Source: Eledone cirrhosa (lineage: Eukaryota). Taken from it: a stretch of DNA of 64,000 bases. Under the pieces are notes generated by a model. That model made no database searches, was not told where the DNA came from, and saw nothing but the letters and a program-made list of their open reading frames with translations. Position 1 is the first letter of the stretch, and every line of letters begins with the position of its first letter. The stretch spans positions 117,490,001 through 117,554,000 of the forward strand of contig OZ024742.1 of the NCBI GenBank assembly GCA_964016885.1, read 5' to 3'. Positions 13,400 through 27,410 of the stretch are shown piece after piece. A program made the position numbers and the translations under genes.

Positions 13400-13752
13400 T
13401 CGAGGTTAACTTTGCCTTTCATCCTTACAGGATTGATAAAATAAAGTACCAGTAATGTACTGGGTAATTGTTGGCCTTGTGCCAAAAGTAGAAACAATTA
13501 TATATAAGAGTGGTGGATTGGCAGTATCAGTGGAGTGTTGGACAATATGCTTTGTGGCATATAGTTATGGCCCTTTATGTTCTGAGTTCAAATTCTGCTG
13601 CAGTTAGCTGCTACTCATTTTCAACTGGGTTGACTGGAGTAACATCAAATGAAGTGTTTTGCTCAAGAACACAATGCACAACCTGTTCCAGGAATTGAAC
13701 TCACAACATTAGGATTATAAGTCCAACCTGCTAAACACTAGGCCATGTGCCT
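13400..13752. mobile_element. Cluster of SINE fragments (family A pieces on +, family B head on -)
   Basis: Similarity to the other copies in the window. Confidence 0.65.
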
Positions 13753-15019
13753 TCAGCAACAGTAGTAATTGTGGTTATCTGTTGATGTCTACTGTCACAA
13801 CCCTCTCTTTTTAGATTTTCCCAATTAAGACAATAGTTGCAATGTCGTTCATGCTCCCACATGTATAGCAACTGAGCATTTTGTCCAGCAAAAAACTGAT
13901 TGACTTCCCCTCCACTCCCTTTATGGGATACAACTCCAGTATTGCATTGCGGTCATTAACTATCATCGGGACCTAAAGATTCATGCAAAACCTGCCTTAC
14001 CACATGTTATGGGTCACCTCAACACTTAGAATCTGCCATTACTATACCAAAATGTTTGTGCTGAATTATGGTTTCACATCTACCCCAATATCTTTAACTA
14101 TGGCTATGTGTTTTGCCTGTCCGTGCATTATGGCACTTTTCCTGCCTTCGTTCCCAATCCTCAGTCTTAAACTATAGGCATATGCTTCCATATGCTATGC
14201 TCTTGTCAAGATACTATACTCTTGCCTGGACTTTCACTATTTACTCATTAGAGATCACATCAAAACCCTCTTCAGTCCTTTGGAAAATTTAGGTGTGTCA
14301 CTGTTTACCTTGTTCATTCTTTAGTAATTTCCTTTTGGGTTATACCTCATCAGCACTTTTTCTTTTGCCTGGAGTTGATTCATGTCTATTATCTCTTTTT
14401 GGTTTGCAATGCTAGCAAAATATATGTTGCTGTTATTGTTGCTGATGCTTCTGTTAATGTCATATAAATTTGGGTTTTTGCCACTTATTTTCTTTTGTAT
14501 TTCTCAAATTGTAACTGTCTGTGCTTATAACTGTCTGTTTGTTTAATTGTCATTTTTTCTGTTTTACATTTTTTAAAATCTGTCTTTGTGTCTGCAAAAA
14601 TGTTTTTGATGGGGTGTGTTCATTACTACAACCATTATGACTTATATTTCCCACCTCCTGCCATATTGAACTACTAATAAACAAAGTAAAATGTGTATTT
14701 GCAAAAAAATATTGATGCACCATATGATGTTGATGGCTATAGCCATCCACAGAGCAGTGACCAGTTGTATTATGGCAGCAGTAGTAGCAGCAGCCATGCC
14801 CTTCCATCCTGCAGTTGTTCAGCTCCTATTTCCTCAGACGATTTCAGTATCTCTGCAACTATCTCTGATAGTCCAACAGTGTCACTAGTTTCATCTCACT
14901 GATAACTTCCTTGGCCCTATAACTGTCAATTTCAAATGTCAGTCCCTCTGTTGAGTCTACTGAGTGTAGTCCCTCTTCATTCCATCCATTCTCCATATTG
15001 ATCAACCTCTCTTAATAGC

Positions 15020-15545
15020 ATTTAGAAGTCTTTTTTAAATCTGGGCATCAGTGAGGCTACATGTGCCAGAATTATTTCAAACACACTTCTCCCCAATAAC
15101 ATCCTGATTTTCCCTGACAGTTTACTTCACATTGCAGAACACCTCCCACCTCTGATCTTCCCATCATAGGATATTGGCAAACCTCCTGTTTTCAGCCTTC
15201 CTGTATGCTATGTATAAAGCTTCTTTTTTAGTTACTTGGTATTTATATTTGCTGCCCCCATTTTTCCAGTCTTTCCACACCTGTTTCTTGGCTTTAACAG
15301 TTCTAACCACAGTGTTATTCCACCACCAGGTCACCCTCTGTCTGGCTGATGCATTGCTCTAATCACAAGTCTTGTCAGTAGCCTGTAGTAGGTTGTCATG
15401 TAGGAACCTCCAATTGTCCTCTAAGTCATAAGTATCTACCTCCTCATTCCTCTCATCATAAAGCTTTCCAGAACATATTTCAACACATAGGTCCTTTAGC
15501 TTCCATACTTTCCTTCTCCAACTTTTCCTGCATTTTACTAGTCCA
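15020..15545 (-). mobile_element. Degenerate RTE LINE fragment (APE-RT linker)
   Basis: RRKVWKLKD...EDNWRFLHDNLLQATDKTC parallels the 9211-10131 ORF C-terminus. Confidence 0.8.
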
Positions 15546-17389
15546 GATATTAATTGTCTATAATTACGTTTGAGTTGAGACAAAATCTCACATGTTGTTA
15601 TGGCAGCTGCGATGATATTTGTAAGTCATGGACAGTGGTAGACAGGGAGGAATGCTAAAAATAACTCACTCGCAAGTTGTAAAGTAACTCTACTGATATA
15701 TAGAAAAAATTGGAGCAAATTATACTGCTGCTGAACCCATTTCCTTTTGAACTCAGTAAGACATCTGTTGATATACTTTCTCTAAGTTTGAAATTCAAAA
15801 GTTCCAGTAAGCTACTTACATGTAAAATGCATCAAATATTCAAAACAAAACAAAAAAACACAAATGATTATCAATATTCATTAGTGATGGATGTAGTAAC
15901 AATGTGAAGGAAAGCAGTGGTTCTCAGTTGTGTATTTGGTGAATAAAATATGAGGTAAATCAAATTAAGAAAAATTATCAAAGACAATAAATAAAAATAA
16001 TTAATTCAAGCTTATTTTGAAGTGAAAAAGAAGTCTAATTTTAACAGTGAAAATAACAAAAATATTGAAAGCCAGAATTGCATGCCCACTGCAGTGTACA
16101 CATAGTTTGATGTTTTATCCCAAAAATGGAAATTTCTATAAGATCACTTGACATACTTCCATTTTTTTTTAATCTTCTTCTTTGTTTTAAGTTTCACAAA
16201 TCATTGAGTCTTGTGGAAGATCTAATTTAAGAATTTTTCTCCAAGTACTTTTTAGTATTTGTAATTCTGTTGAATGCTCCTTCATTGATAATGAAGGAGA
16301 ACAAATATGAAATTCTTGAAAGGCCCCCCACCCAGTTCATCCTGTACTGCTGGGCCATGTCAAAAGTACTCATCCACCCTGTAAAGTGGTAATGTTGATG
16401 CCATGACAAAAAGCACCTAGTCGATCCTGTAAGGTGCCAGAGTCACAAACAAATGCTCCCAACACACACTGTAAAGTGGTTAATGTTAGGAAGGACATCC
16501 AGTTGTAGAAACCATGTTTCCAGTACAAGCTGTAAAATAACTGGCATTAGAAAAGACATCCAGCCTTAGAAACCAAGCCAAAACAAAGCATATAAGCAGG
16601 ACTTAGTCACTTGACGAGTAGGACCTAGTCACCTGATTGATCCAACATCAGCACATAGCAGCCCATATAAACCATGCAAACATCGAAAATAGATGTTAAA
16701 AAGCAATTATGAATGTACATTGGAATACAATTTCAAATATGTTCTTCTTTTACTATAGCAAGTTAATAAGGCATGCTTTAATGGAGATTTGGTTAGTATT
16801 TCTAGCAGGTTAAGCAAGTTTATTGGAGCCTTCCAGACATGAAAGCACATAAATATATATGCTTCATACGTTACTTTGTGAACGTCTTTCCAGAGCAAAT
16901 AATCTTGAGATTAGTTGTGGTGTCTATTCAATTCAGCTATTGTGTGTTGTTTTTGTTGTTATTGTTGTATGTGTGGCTGTTGTAACTGCCATTGTTGTTG
17001 ATATCGTTGTTATTATTGCTGTTGTTGTTCTTGTTCTTGTTGTCGTCATCGGTCTTGTTGCTTTCGTTTTTATCATTTTGTTGTTGCTGGTGTCATCATT
17101 GTCATTGTTGTCACTGTCACTGTTGTTGTTTAACTACGATCAAGCAGACATATAATCAAATGACATTCCAGGAATAACCATTCCATCTTTAATTTCCTAT
17201 ATTATGCATCTGGGACGACATTGTCTAAAATGTCCTTTCTCTTTACTTTAAGATGGTAAGGTGGGATATTAAGTAAATTTGATTGCTATTTGTAGCGTAA
17301 ATACTCTCTCAGGCCCCACGTCATGTTCCTCCTCAGAGATATAAAAGTAAAGGTGATCCAGTCATCACCATGTTATATTCTTTCATAAA

Positions 17390-18362
17390 ATTCAAGTATG
17401 TTTTGCAGCATGAAGACCAAAAACATAAGGTGTTCAGGATGGTGAGGCAGTGCATTAGGGGAAATTGTGATGTCATTGGTGAGAAGTGTGTCCGTGATGA
17501 TAAAGGTGCACATGCCCCCACAGATGCTGAAAGGAAAGTTGCATGGAAGAGCCATAATGAAAGATTACTGAATGGGGAGAATGCATGGATGGAAGAAAGA
17601 GACCCTACCCCAAGTGGACCCTACAGAGGGCCCAGCTGTACAAGTCAGCAACAGTGTAGTAAGTAAGGTAATTAAGGATATGAATACCATAAAAGCAGCT
17701 GGTCCATCAAGAATAGTTGCTGAAGTGCAGAAATCATTTGGGTCGGTATGTCACAGCTTAACCAGACGTATTGTAAACCAAGTAATTCTAAATGGTGTCA
17801 TACTGAATGATTGGTGCAGCAGCATCATTGTCAACTGCTGCAAGGGTAGAGGAAACTATAGGAGCATCAAGTTGATGGACCAGGTCATGAAAATAACAGA
17901 AAAGGTTGTAGTACAGTTGATTAGAGACTGGGTAAATCTAGAAGAGATGCAGTTTGTATTTCTGCCAGGTAAAAGCACCACAAATGCTCTCTCCTTGGTG
18001 AAGCAGCTACAGGAAAAGTACACCGAGCTAAAAGCAATCCACTCTACCTGGCATTTGTTGATCTGGAGAAAGCTTTTGACAGAGTGCCCCATGCCATAAT
18101 CTGGAGGTCTATTATAAAAATAGGAGTAGATGAGTGGCTGCTGAAGGCTGTACAAGCCATGTATAGGGGAGCAGTCAGCAAAGTTAGGATTGACTGTAGC
18201 AGGGAATTTAACATGCAGGTTGGCGTCCACCAGGGCTCTGTTCTTAGCCCTCTCCAGTTCATTATCATACTGCAGGCTATAAAAGAGGAGTTTAAGACCA
18301 GCTGCCCATGGGAACTCCTGTAAGCGGATGATCTTACACACATAGCTGAGTCTATGGTGGAA
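17390..18362 (+). mobile_element. Degenerate RTE LINE RT fragment
   Basis: Frameshifted ORFs 17370, 17572 and 18084 collinear with the 7230-9224 protein. Confidence 0.9.
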
Positions 18363-18461
18363 CACACACACACACACACATACATGCATACATACATACA
18401 TATATGGTGGCTGCCAACTCGTTTTCAAGTATGGCCACTACTTTATATCCATGTAGAACCC

Positions 18462-18560
18462 CTACCGATGTGCTGAACGAGTGTGACTTTTTAGTCCAGC
18501 CAGCGACTTGAAAACTCTGGTACAAACACTACACTTGTGACAATTATTGACAAATAGTGC
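18462..18560 (-). mobile_element. Probable RTE 3' end with terminal C2H2 finger
   Basis: CSVCTRVFKSLAGLKSHTRSAHR-stop; isolated, no splice context. Confidence 0.45.
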
Positions 18561-19441
18561 TGGGTCTATGGCGACTAAACTGGCAACCCCACCAAGGTTT
18601 CTTGGTGAGGAGGGTGACTTTGGACATACATACATACATATATACATACATACATATGTATATAAGGAACAAAAGAACCACAAAAACAACAAAATTATAT
18701 AAATTGAGAATACTAGTTTAACTGAGAAAAAGTTGATTATAACATTTCAAGTTATGAGTATCCCCCCCACCCTAAAAAAAAATAGAAAGAATAAAGAGGA
18801 GATACTGTAAAAGAACAAAAAGGGAACACAGATTGTTGAAGCAAGGCCATGCACCTTGAGAAAATAGGAATGGAAGAAGTTGGAATGCTAAAGTGTTGCT
18901 AAAGTGTACTCTGTGACAGAAAATCAAATAGTAAACTGAATTGCGTGGTCTTGAGTTAGAAAGAGAGAGAATGAGTATTTGGTAGTATCTACATTTTTTC
19001 ACTGTATGTCTACTTTACTATTGTGGTAATTAACGAAAAATCACTGGTTGTAGTTTACTTTTTATTGCCAATTTCCACCTGGTGTTATAAATTTGAGTTA
19101 TTTTCCACTAAACAGATAGCAACACAGTCTCAAATCTCTTCATCTTACGTAACTAATGTTAGAAATTATTACAAGATTGGCAGAGTGATAAATGAAAGTA
19201 CCAGTCATGTAGTGGGATTGATGTAATCACTATTCCCCTCTACCCTAAATTGTTGGACTTGTGCCTAAATCAAAAACCATTATTATTATTATTGTTGTTG
19301 TTGTTATATATACACTATATACATACATACACGCACAATCATGAATATATGTACATAAATATATATATATATAAAGCTACAGACCGAATTTGCATTCGTT
19401 AGCTTGGCCGCAAACTAAAGCTTCGTTAATGCTGTACTAAA

Positions 19442-19476
<35 letters not shown>

Positions 19477-19480
19477 TATG

Positions 19481-19513
<33 letters not shown>

Positions 19514-19514
19514 C

Positions 19515-19558
<44 letters not shown>

Positions 19559-20500
19559 TATATATGTCTATGTATATATTTGAATCTTTCACTATATATA
19601 TTGACTACAGAAAATACAGTATTAATATATCACTTTATTACAGATATATTTATTACTGTTGTATACTTCCATCAATTTTTAATGTCTTCTTAGTGTATTC
19701 TATTAATATTAATTTTATAACTCCACTTATTAAGTATAATAGAATTTATAATTTCTGTTTGTATATCTCTCACTCTACTTTAGTGCATAATATATTTCGT
19801 ATCAATACATTTTAGTTCGTAAAATATGTATGGTTACTGGACAGTATTTTTTTTTTTTTATCACTGATAAATTATAATTATCTTTAGGCTTCCATAAGTT
19901 TTAAAGTTTTCCCTACAATATTTCAATGGTATTTTTTATGGTTTTCACGCTTTTCTCTTACTGGAATTCTAAAACATGTAAGGTATTTATTTGTTTGTAT
20001 TTGAACTATTCTGCAGAGTTACTCTGAGTGGAATAGAAAATTCTTGTTAATCCAATGAAACGGTCATAAATCTATTAAATGCTATAATTATAATCTTTGT
20101 TAATTTTCCATTTTATATATATATATAATTAATTAACAAATTACTTATCAGTATAACAACTCCTTCTCTCTCTCCTCTTTTTTGATAAAAATCTATTTAT
20201 ATTTCCCTACTTCCTGCATTACAATTTGCACAACTTGCCTGTACTGTATCCTATACTGTTTCCAGTTGTAAGACTTTCTATTCATATTTGTTTACATACC
20301 CTTTTTGTTGTCATAGTCGACAGACAATCTGTGATTTTCCAGCAGCTTTTTCAAGCTTTTATGCAACCTGGGATATTATGCAATAACACACTTATGCACG
20401 AAATTGTTCAGGGAGTGGGTGGTCAGGAAGATAAATGCATTTGTTTTTGATCTTATGTGTTTCGTTATTTTTTTCCATGTGCAAACTTTCTTCACACACA

Positions 20501-20542
<42 letters not shown>

Positions 20543-20586
20543 TGAAAAAGAACAAAGGAACTATTATGACATTATAACAAGTTTAT

Positions 20587-20633
20587 TGCCGACAGCCGTT
20601 TCGTCCGACCACATGGTGGGACTTATCAAGGCA
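20587..20633 (-). ncRNA. Minimal type I hammerhead ribozyme, U3-A8 variant
   Basis: Minus strand tgcc-TTGATAA-gtcc-caccatgtggtc-ggac-GAAA-cggctg-TC-ggca. Confidence 0.75.
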
Positions 20634-20965
20634 TATAACATGTGATTGTAAGATCATTATTTACATCAACGTATCACTCAAGGCTAGCAGTTTGGAATTG
20701 TGGTATACATCAGCAACTCCGCTTGTATAGTTGGGGTCTATATTCTAAGGGGGCTCTTTTATATTAGTTGTCGGGGTCAGGGATTGAAGTTTAAAAATTA
20801 GATAATATATAATTTACGCATTAACAGTAAACTAAAAGACTTGGGGTCTCGTAGAATATAGACCCCAACTATACAAGCGGAGTCGCTGATGTATACCACA
20901 ATTCCAAACTGCTAGCCTTGAGTGATACGTTGATGTAAATAATGATCTTACAATCACATGTTATA

Positions 20966-21012
20966 TGCCTTGATAAGTCCCACCAAGTGGTCGGACGAAA
21001 TGGCTGTCGGCA
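20966..21012 (+). ncRNA. Minimal type I hammerhead ribozyme, U3-A8 variant (U-G wobble in stem III)
   Basis: tgcc-TTGATAA-gtcc-caccaagtggtc-ggac-GAAA-tggctg-TC-ggca; predicted cut after C21008. Confidence 0.7.
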
Positions 21013-21165
21013 ATAAACTTGTTATAATGTCATAATAGTTCCTTTGTTCTTTTTCACTAATATTTCTGCTCTGCGTATACGCATAGAGCTTAACTAGCTA
21101 CCGTCGCATATTAGGTAGGTCAGGCGTGATCATCGCGATTCACATACGACCTACCATACATCTTA

Positions 21166-21217
<52 letters not shown>

Positions 21218-21859
21218 CAGGTTATCAATAATGTAGTGATAATATATCGTTACGTTAGAGATGAACAGCGTACGTGCAGGTTTGCTCAACGAGTATAAAT
21301 TATATTCTGAAGAAGTGACAACTGATTATACATTTGCTATTGAATACTTGCTAACATTATATGATTACACAAGCAGCGATACATAGGTATTCAGTCTGTT
21401 ACAGAAACATATGTCAATACCTAATAAATTCCTTTTTTAAAAAAAAGCACTTTCATTTTATATTCATCCTTTCTATATATATATATATATATATATATAT
21501 CAAAGGAACAAAAGCAAGCATGCAGCAAAAAGACGTTATATATATTATTTTCTATTTCCAACTGCATACAACTTCAAGTTTTTTACATTTCCCTATGGCA
21601 GCCATATTGTACCTAGACATACATTCAGGTTATTACTGGGGCATTTAAAAAGCTTACCACATTGTTATGATAATTCAAGAAATTAAGATTTAATTGTTTC
21701 TACTTTTGGCACAAGGCCAGATTTGTAAGAACCAAGCGAAATATCTGTAGACTACAGGCCAGCACAACTGATGGGTACTATATACTTATAGTTTAACTTA
21801 GAGAAACTGCTAAATCTTATCTCTGCGCAAATTTGAGTTAAAGGTGATGTAGACTCAGT

Positions 21860-22085
21860 TCCAGAGGATAGCCAGGCAGAGCCTGTCTGTAACATCTGTG
21901 AAAAGGTTGTTCTTTCTTGTGTTGAGCTTGCTAGTCATTTAAGAGCTCACAACAATCAGCAGTCTGGGTCCAATTATGTTGATGTCCTCCCTGAAAGACC
22001 TGCAGAGTATTTGTATCGGTTTTGTAATAAAGCCTGTAGGTCTGCTGCTTGACTCAAGTGACACCATAAGAATGCATAAGGAGTA
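21860..22085 (+). pseudogene. Two decayed C2H2 fingers, probably an RTE C-terminus
   Basis: VCNICEKVVLSCVELASHLRAH ... FCNKACRSAA*LK*HH with stops. Confidence 0.45.
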
Positions 22086-22240
22086 AGTTATGTTTAGGAC
22101 TGTCTGGGAGCCCCATGTGTGCCACATCTATAAAACAGTATGCAGGAACAAGGTAGGTTTTTGGAGTCATCTGCAGGTTCATGGCTGTTCAGCACAACAT
22201 TGAAGAGATCATCCTCTTCTGCAAAAAAGTAGCAGTTATC

Positions 22241-22350
<110 letters not shown>

Positions 22351-22599
22351 CACACACACACCATAGTAAAGGTCATATTAGCTACTCCAGAAACTAAAGA
22401 CTGCTTATGCGGCTAGGATATAACAGACCTCCTGACCAGTGGTAGCTTCAGTAAACACTGGTGTTGGATGTAACTACAAATAACTGCAAAAACACAGTAC
22501 ATAAAAATATGTATGTAAGCTTCTCTGCCTCTTCCAACTATTAGGAAGTTATCATACAGATACTCCCACCCAAAAGAAAAATAAGACATTCATGCAGCC

Positions 22600-23200
22600 C
22601 TCCTATAGAAAAAGGTGAGATTCTTTAGCCAATACCGTTATGAATTCTGGACCTAGGGATTTCCTGTTTAACATATTTTCAAGGGCTGTTTCCAGTATTG
22701 TGTCATCTATTTAATATTGCCACATATCCGTGCTTACAGTTGCCCTGCTCAAGTTCTACTCATACAGCTTGCATGTTGAACTCATCACTTGTTTCCCATA
22801 CAGATCTCAAGTAGCTCTCAACCTGATTTTCTGTTGAGATGTCTTCTATAAAGATTGTGCTGTTCATGTTGAAGCTATGGTAAACCAATTTGAGATCTTT
22901 GGCAAATAATCTCTTCAGCACTTGCTGTTTATATGCTGTAAATTTATGTTTTAGTTTTTCAGCTGTGGCTGTGAATTCTTGTTTCAGCTGTAGTTTGGAG
23001 TTTAGGGTTTTAATTCCTGTATCTCTAAATTTTTCTCTTGTGTCATTCTGCTGTTGTGTGAAATTGTTGTCCTTATTACTTAATTATAAGGATTTGTGAG
23101 ATATATTTTGCAGTAATAAAATTTTATTTTTTTAAGTTGTATGCTAATGCTAGCTCAGGCTTTTTGCTTGTTGTTTGATGGATGAGTTTATCTCCTTACA
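22600..23200 (-). mobile_element. R4/Dong-like non-LTR relic (pre-RT region)
   Basis: EKLKHK...RLFAKDLKLVY...VESYLRSVW...FN and NRKSLGPE motifs. Confidence 0.55.
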
Positions 23201-25024
23201 ATAAATATGATAGCTGATAGATATATCAGGTGGTTTATGGTTTTGTATGTTGTTTCCATATCCCTGGAGTCCCTGGATTGTGTGACTTTCAGATAGTTTT
23301 CTGTTATTTCATTTTGTACTTCCAGTACTAATTGAGAGGGATCTTTTCTTATATTGGTGTTGCATGGCCTATGTCACTCAAATTAAGGTTTTGAACCTAC
23401 TGAAACATATCTTCCTAAGATCACTTGTAAGATTTGACAAGTTTTTGTTATTGTTTTGTTTATACACCAAGCTTTGATTTTCAGTTAAATATTATGGTGC
23501 CTTCAAATAAGCAGTAATTAGATTCGTCTGGTTATTGGTTGATCACAGTAGTCAACATTGTTATGTATATATGTCTATCTGTATCTGTGTCTGTATGTAT
23601 GTGTGTACGTGTGTGCATGGATGGAGGTTTTGTATCAGTCATTCCGGCCATGACCACCCTGTCTTTATTCAATATATCAAATGATAGATTGTGATTTGGA
23701 TGCTATTTAAAACAGGTTCAACAACCATGACGATGCTCCATATTACAAAGAAAATAAGATGTATTAAACTGATCAATAATGTACTGCAACTTTATTTTCC
23801 TTGCATGTAATAAGTTTCTGATTGAAAAAAAATATAGGGAAAACAATTGTTTTTATATTTCTTTGTAATTGAAAAGTCAGGTAGACATTCAGTTTGAATA
23901 CATTTTTTTTTTATTCATTTGAAGATAATCATTATATTTCCTTTGCACTATTAAGGAATCTAAACTGAAAAAATTTAATTTTTTAATTTCAGAATGTAAA
24001 AGAATATTTTCAAAAAATGTGAGAATATATCTATACAATGATTTACAATTCAGTTGTAAATTAGAGAAAAGAGAAATTTTTGTGAAAAAAAAATGATCTT
24101 TGTAAAAATATTTTTTGTATGATGTGTTTTTTTTTTACAAAAAGGCTATCACTACCTCTTCTCAAATTGTTGCATCCCTTAATACAGCATTGGTCAGTAA
24201 ACGCATTTAATAAATTGTTATTCCAATTTCTATCTTCCTCATGTCATCTTCTATATAACTGTATGTTGAAATTCAAGTGACAATTACATGTGACATCAAA
24301 TTCAGCTTACAATTATTTAAAATCGAATGATAGATATGACATGAGTTTGCATATGTGCATAAGCTGTTCTCCTAACTCAAGTAGTTTTTGTATGTCAATG
24401 CACATGCATTAAGTCACTACAGAGATGTAATTTTATATATATCATTGTAGATATATATGTATATATCATCATCAAAAGCAGCAGCAACATCACCGTATTT
24501 ATGTCTCTGCTTGCATGGGTTAGGCAGTTGTTATGTTCTGAAATTAGACAGGACACCTGACCATGCCTTACTTATAAATTCCATTTTAGCATGGTTTCTT
24601 TGGATGGATGCTCTTCCTAATGCCACTCACTTTCCAGTATGTACTGGGGACATTTCTTCATCACACCAACTTATAGGGGGGTGGTTTTGATGGTACTAGC
24701 ACTGCTACTTCATCATCCCACTGAGGGACATGGAGAGGCGGAGCAAGTATTGGGTCATGATAATGATGGTGTATATGTGTGTTTGTGTATGTGTATATCT
24801 ATCTATCTATGTATATATATGTGTGTGTGTGTGTGTTTGTAACAAATTTAGTATAGAAATGGCTCTTACATGACTAGAACTGTTTCCTTTGAATGAAACA
24901 GCTCTAGTTCTGTATAAGCCATTTCTATATAAAATTTGTTGTATACTCTCTACTAATATATTCGGTACCTTACCTACTGTGGTTACCTCTGACTGAACGA
25001 ACCCTGGACTCAAGTATATATATA

Positions 25025-25922
25025 CAGGGTGCGGACGATATCTGTTCGCAAGATTACTGTCTAGGAAAAAGTAACACAGTAGTTTTATTTTTTAAGATTT
25101 ATTTATCAAATATGGGTCAGTTTGTCTTCATGACTTGTTCTTTCGATCTCACTTGATAAACCCGCCATTGGCTTTGATGACGGCCTCAAGGCGGCCTTGG
25201 AACCGGCTACAAACCTTCGTCACTGTCCCCCGACTTAGGCCCCTGAAGGCACTTGTGATCCTGGCCTTCAGATCATCTTTCGTATTGCAGCTAGATCTGT
25301 TGGTGTCTCGTTCCACTGCGCCCTACACAAAGAAGTTGACGGGGTTGCAGTCAGGCGAGCTGGAAGGCCAGATGTCAGGTGAAGTGTGGTCGACGAAGTT
25401 CTCTGGGCAGCCAGGCTTGGGTTTTTCAGCTGGTATGGCAGGGCGCTGAGCCTTGCTGCCACACGTACGGCCTACCTGCAGCTACCTGGTCAATCCAGAG
25501 CTTTACTACCTTACTACCTCGCTCAGAACGTGGATGTAGCCATCGGTGTTCAGCTTCAGGCCTTCAAGGAAGAAGTGAGGTGGCATGACGTCACCTTGAC
25601 TGCTGACGACACCTAAGACCAATGTTGTCGCTGGAAACTTTGTCTGCATGACTCTGGGCACGTCTTTGGATGAGACAGCGAGCCACCTGTTGTTCTGGGA
25701 GTTTATCTTCTGGTCTTATTTGTCCTCCCGGCGTGGATTCCAAGAAGAACTCCGTGTCTCTTCCACAAATTTGGAGGTTCAAAATTATTCATAATCAATT
25801 ATTCTGAAAATAAATAATGGAAATATAGTCACTGTTTTTATGAAGACAAGAGTGACAACGGAAATAAAAAAAATTTGCATAAAATTAGCAGTTGAAAATT
25901 GCGAACAAATATCGTCCGCACC

Positions 25923-25925
<3 letters not shown>
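25025..25925 (-). mobile_element. Internally deleted Tc1/mariner element, DD37D (maT/Bmmar1-like)
   Basis: 27-bp TIRs cagggtgcggacgatat(c/t)tgttcgcaa, TA flanks; broken transposase 25149-25792 with VWQQ[G]SAPCH...WPSSSPDCNPV[N], 37-residue spacing after correcting one frameshift. Confidence 0.9.
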
Positions 25926-25964
<39 letters not shown>

Positions 25965-26256
25965 GTATATATAATGTCATTATAATAAAATACAACTTAT
26001 TGTTCCTAGTAAGTTGTTGCATAATTTTCTCCCCACCCCAACCCCCAAAATAGAGTTCTACTGCTGCTGCTGCTTAGAGAAAGAAGATGAAAATGAAGAC
26101 AAACAAGGAGGTGACATTGTTTTCAATAATCAAGAAAAACTTACTGATTCAATTGTTTTCACATGTAAAGGTTGTGGTCAAGAAATTATTAAATCTAATA
26201 TTTAGTGTACTATATACCCCGTCATTTTTATGGTTACTATGCTTACATATATATAC

Positions 26257-26297
<41 letters not shown>

Positions 26298-26939
26298 CAT
26301 ATGTATATATACACACAGCTATACATATGAGTTTGGGAAATTATTGGGAAGCTTTACTGTTCCTATGAACTTTTTGTAAATAAAAAGATAATACATAGAA
26401 AAATATATATTTAACTCATAATTATAGTCATGAAAGAGTCAGTTTAGCCATTTGAAAACAACAAAATAAATGTTAAATTCACTTTACATTTATCATTTAC
26501 ATCCTTGTATCAAACTTTTCATTGGCTGTTTTGCAGCCTGGTCAAATAATTAATGTAAATTGATTGTAACATCATCATCTCATAACAATCACTTGCCACA
26601 TCTGTCCTATGTATATATACTGTTTCCTCATTAGGCTTAATGTTTCAAAATCCAGAATGATGTCAACAAATTAGACTTTCGGTAGGTTAGTAGTCACCCT
26701 GATGTTTCAGATAAATACTTTGAAGATCCTTATAGACACTTTCTGAACTTACACCTGGCCTGGTCATTGATATGATATGAGTTTGCCAGGCTATCACGGG
26801 TAATGCAGAAATAAGTCAAAATGTTAACATAAATACTTTTAACTTCTACATTGTGTTTTTTGCTCTTTTCTTTCATTTGTACCCATATCTGCATATTTAT
26901 ATATATGTGTATATATATATATAAATATATACATACATG

Positions 26940-27160
26940 GAGGCACATGGAGGCATATGGCTTAGTGGTTAGAGCATTAGCCTTGCAATCAAAAAGTGGT
27001 CGTGGAGGTGCCACGGCAAAAAAACACCCAGCACTCACTGTAAATGAGGTTGGTGTTAGGAAGGGCATCCAGCTGTAGAAATCAAGCCAGAATCAGTTCC
27101 CGTCCCACCCTTGCAAGCAGGGAAAAAGTGGACGTAAAATGAAATGATGATGATGATGAT
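26940..27160 (+). mobile_element. SINE family B, internally deleted
   Basis: tRNA-like head fused directly to the RTE-derived tail; compare 46083-46430. Confidence 0.85.
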
Positions 27161-27256
27161 ACATACATACATACATACATACATACATACATACATACAT
27201 ACATACATACATGAATACTTACACAAGAGATGATGACAACTTCCTTTTCTTTACAG

Positions 27257-27286
27257 TCTTGCCATCAAGAAGGTGGCCAGTCAAAA
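27257..27286 (+). CDS. Candidate 30-nt microexon (xLPSRRWPVK) of Ig gene
   Basis: ttccttttctttacag acceptor, gtaaat donor, phase 1-1, open in frame with downstream exons. Confidence 0.55.
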
Positions 27287-27327
27287 GTAAATTCAAAATT
27301 AAGATAAAAGAAGACTGTCTGTCTGTC

Positions 27328-27410
<83 letters not shown>

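Larger units (their letters stand above)
20541..21168. mobile_element. Young fold-back PLE pseudo-LTR-like element in (TA)n
   Basis: 207-bp arms 20541-20747 / 20852-21058 with about 3 mismatches; ~110-nt CpG-rich hairpin tail; (TA)n on both sides. Confidence 0.85.

Noticed and set aside
14150-14700. Another R4-like relic on minus strand
   Set aside because: Only faint motif similarity; too decayed to support
16859-17177. Hydrophobic membrane-like ORF
   Set aside because: Degenerate (GTT)n low-complexity tract
23980-24010. Extra exon after ttttaatttcag (also 21220, 35714)
   Set aside because: No convincing donor giving a phase 1-1 exon
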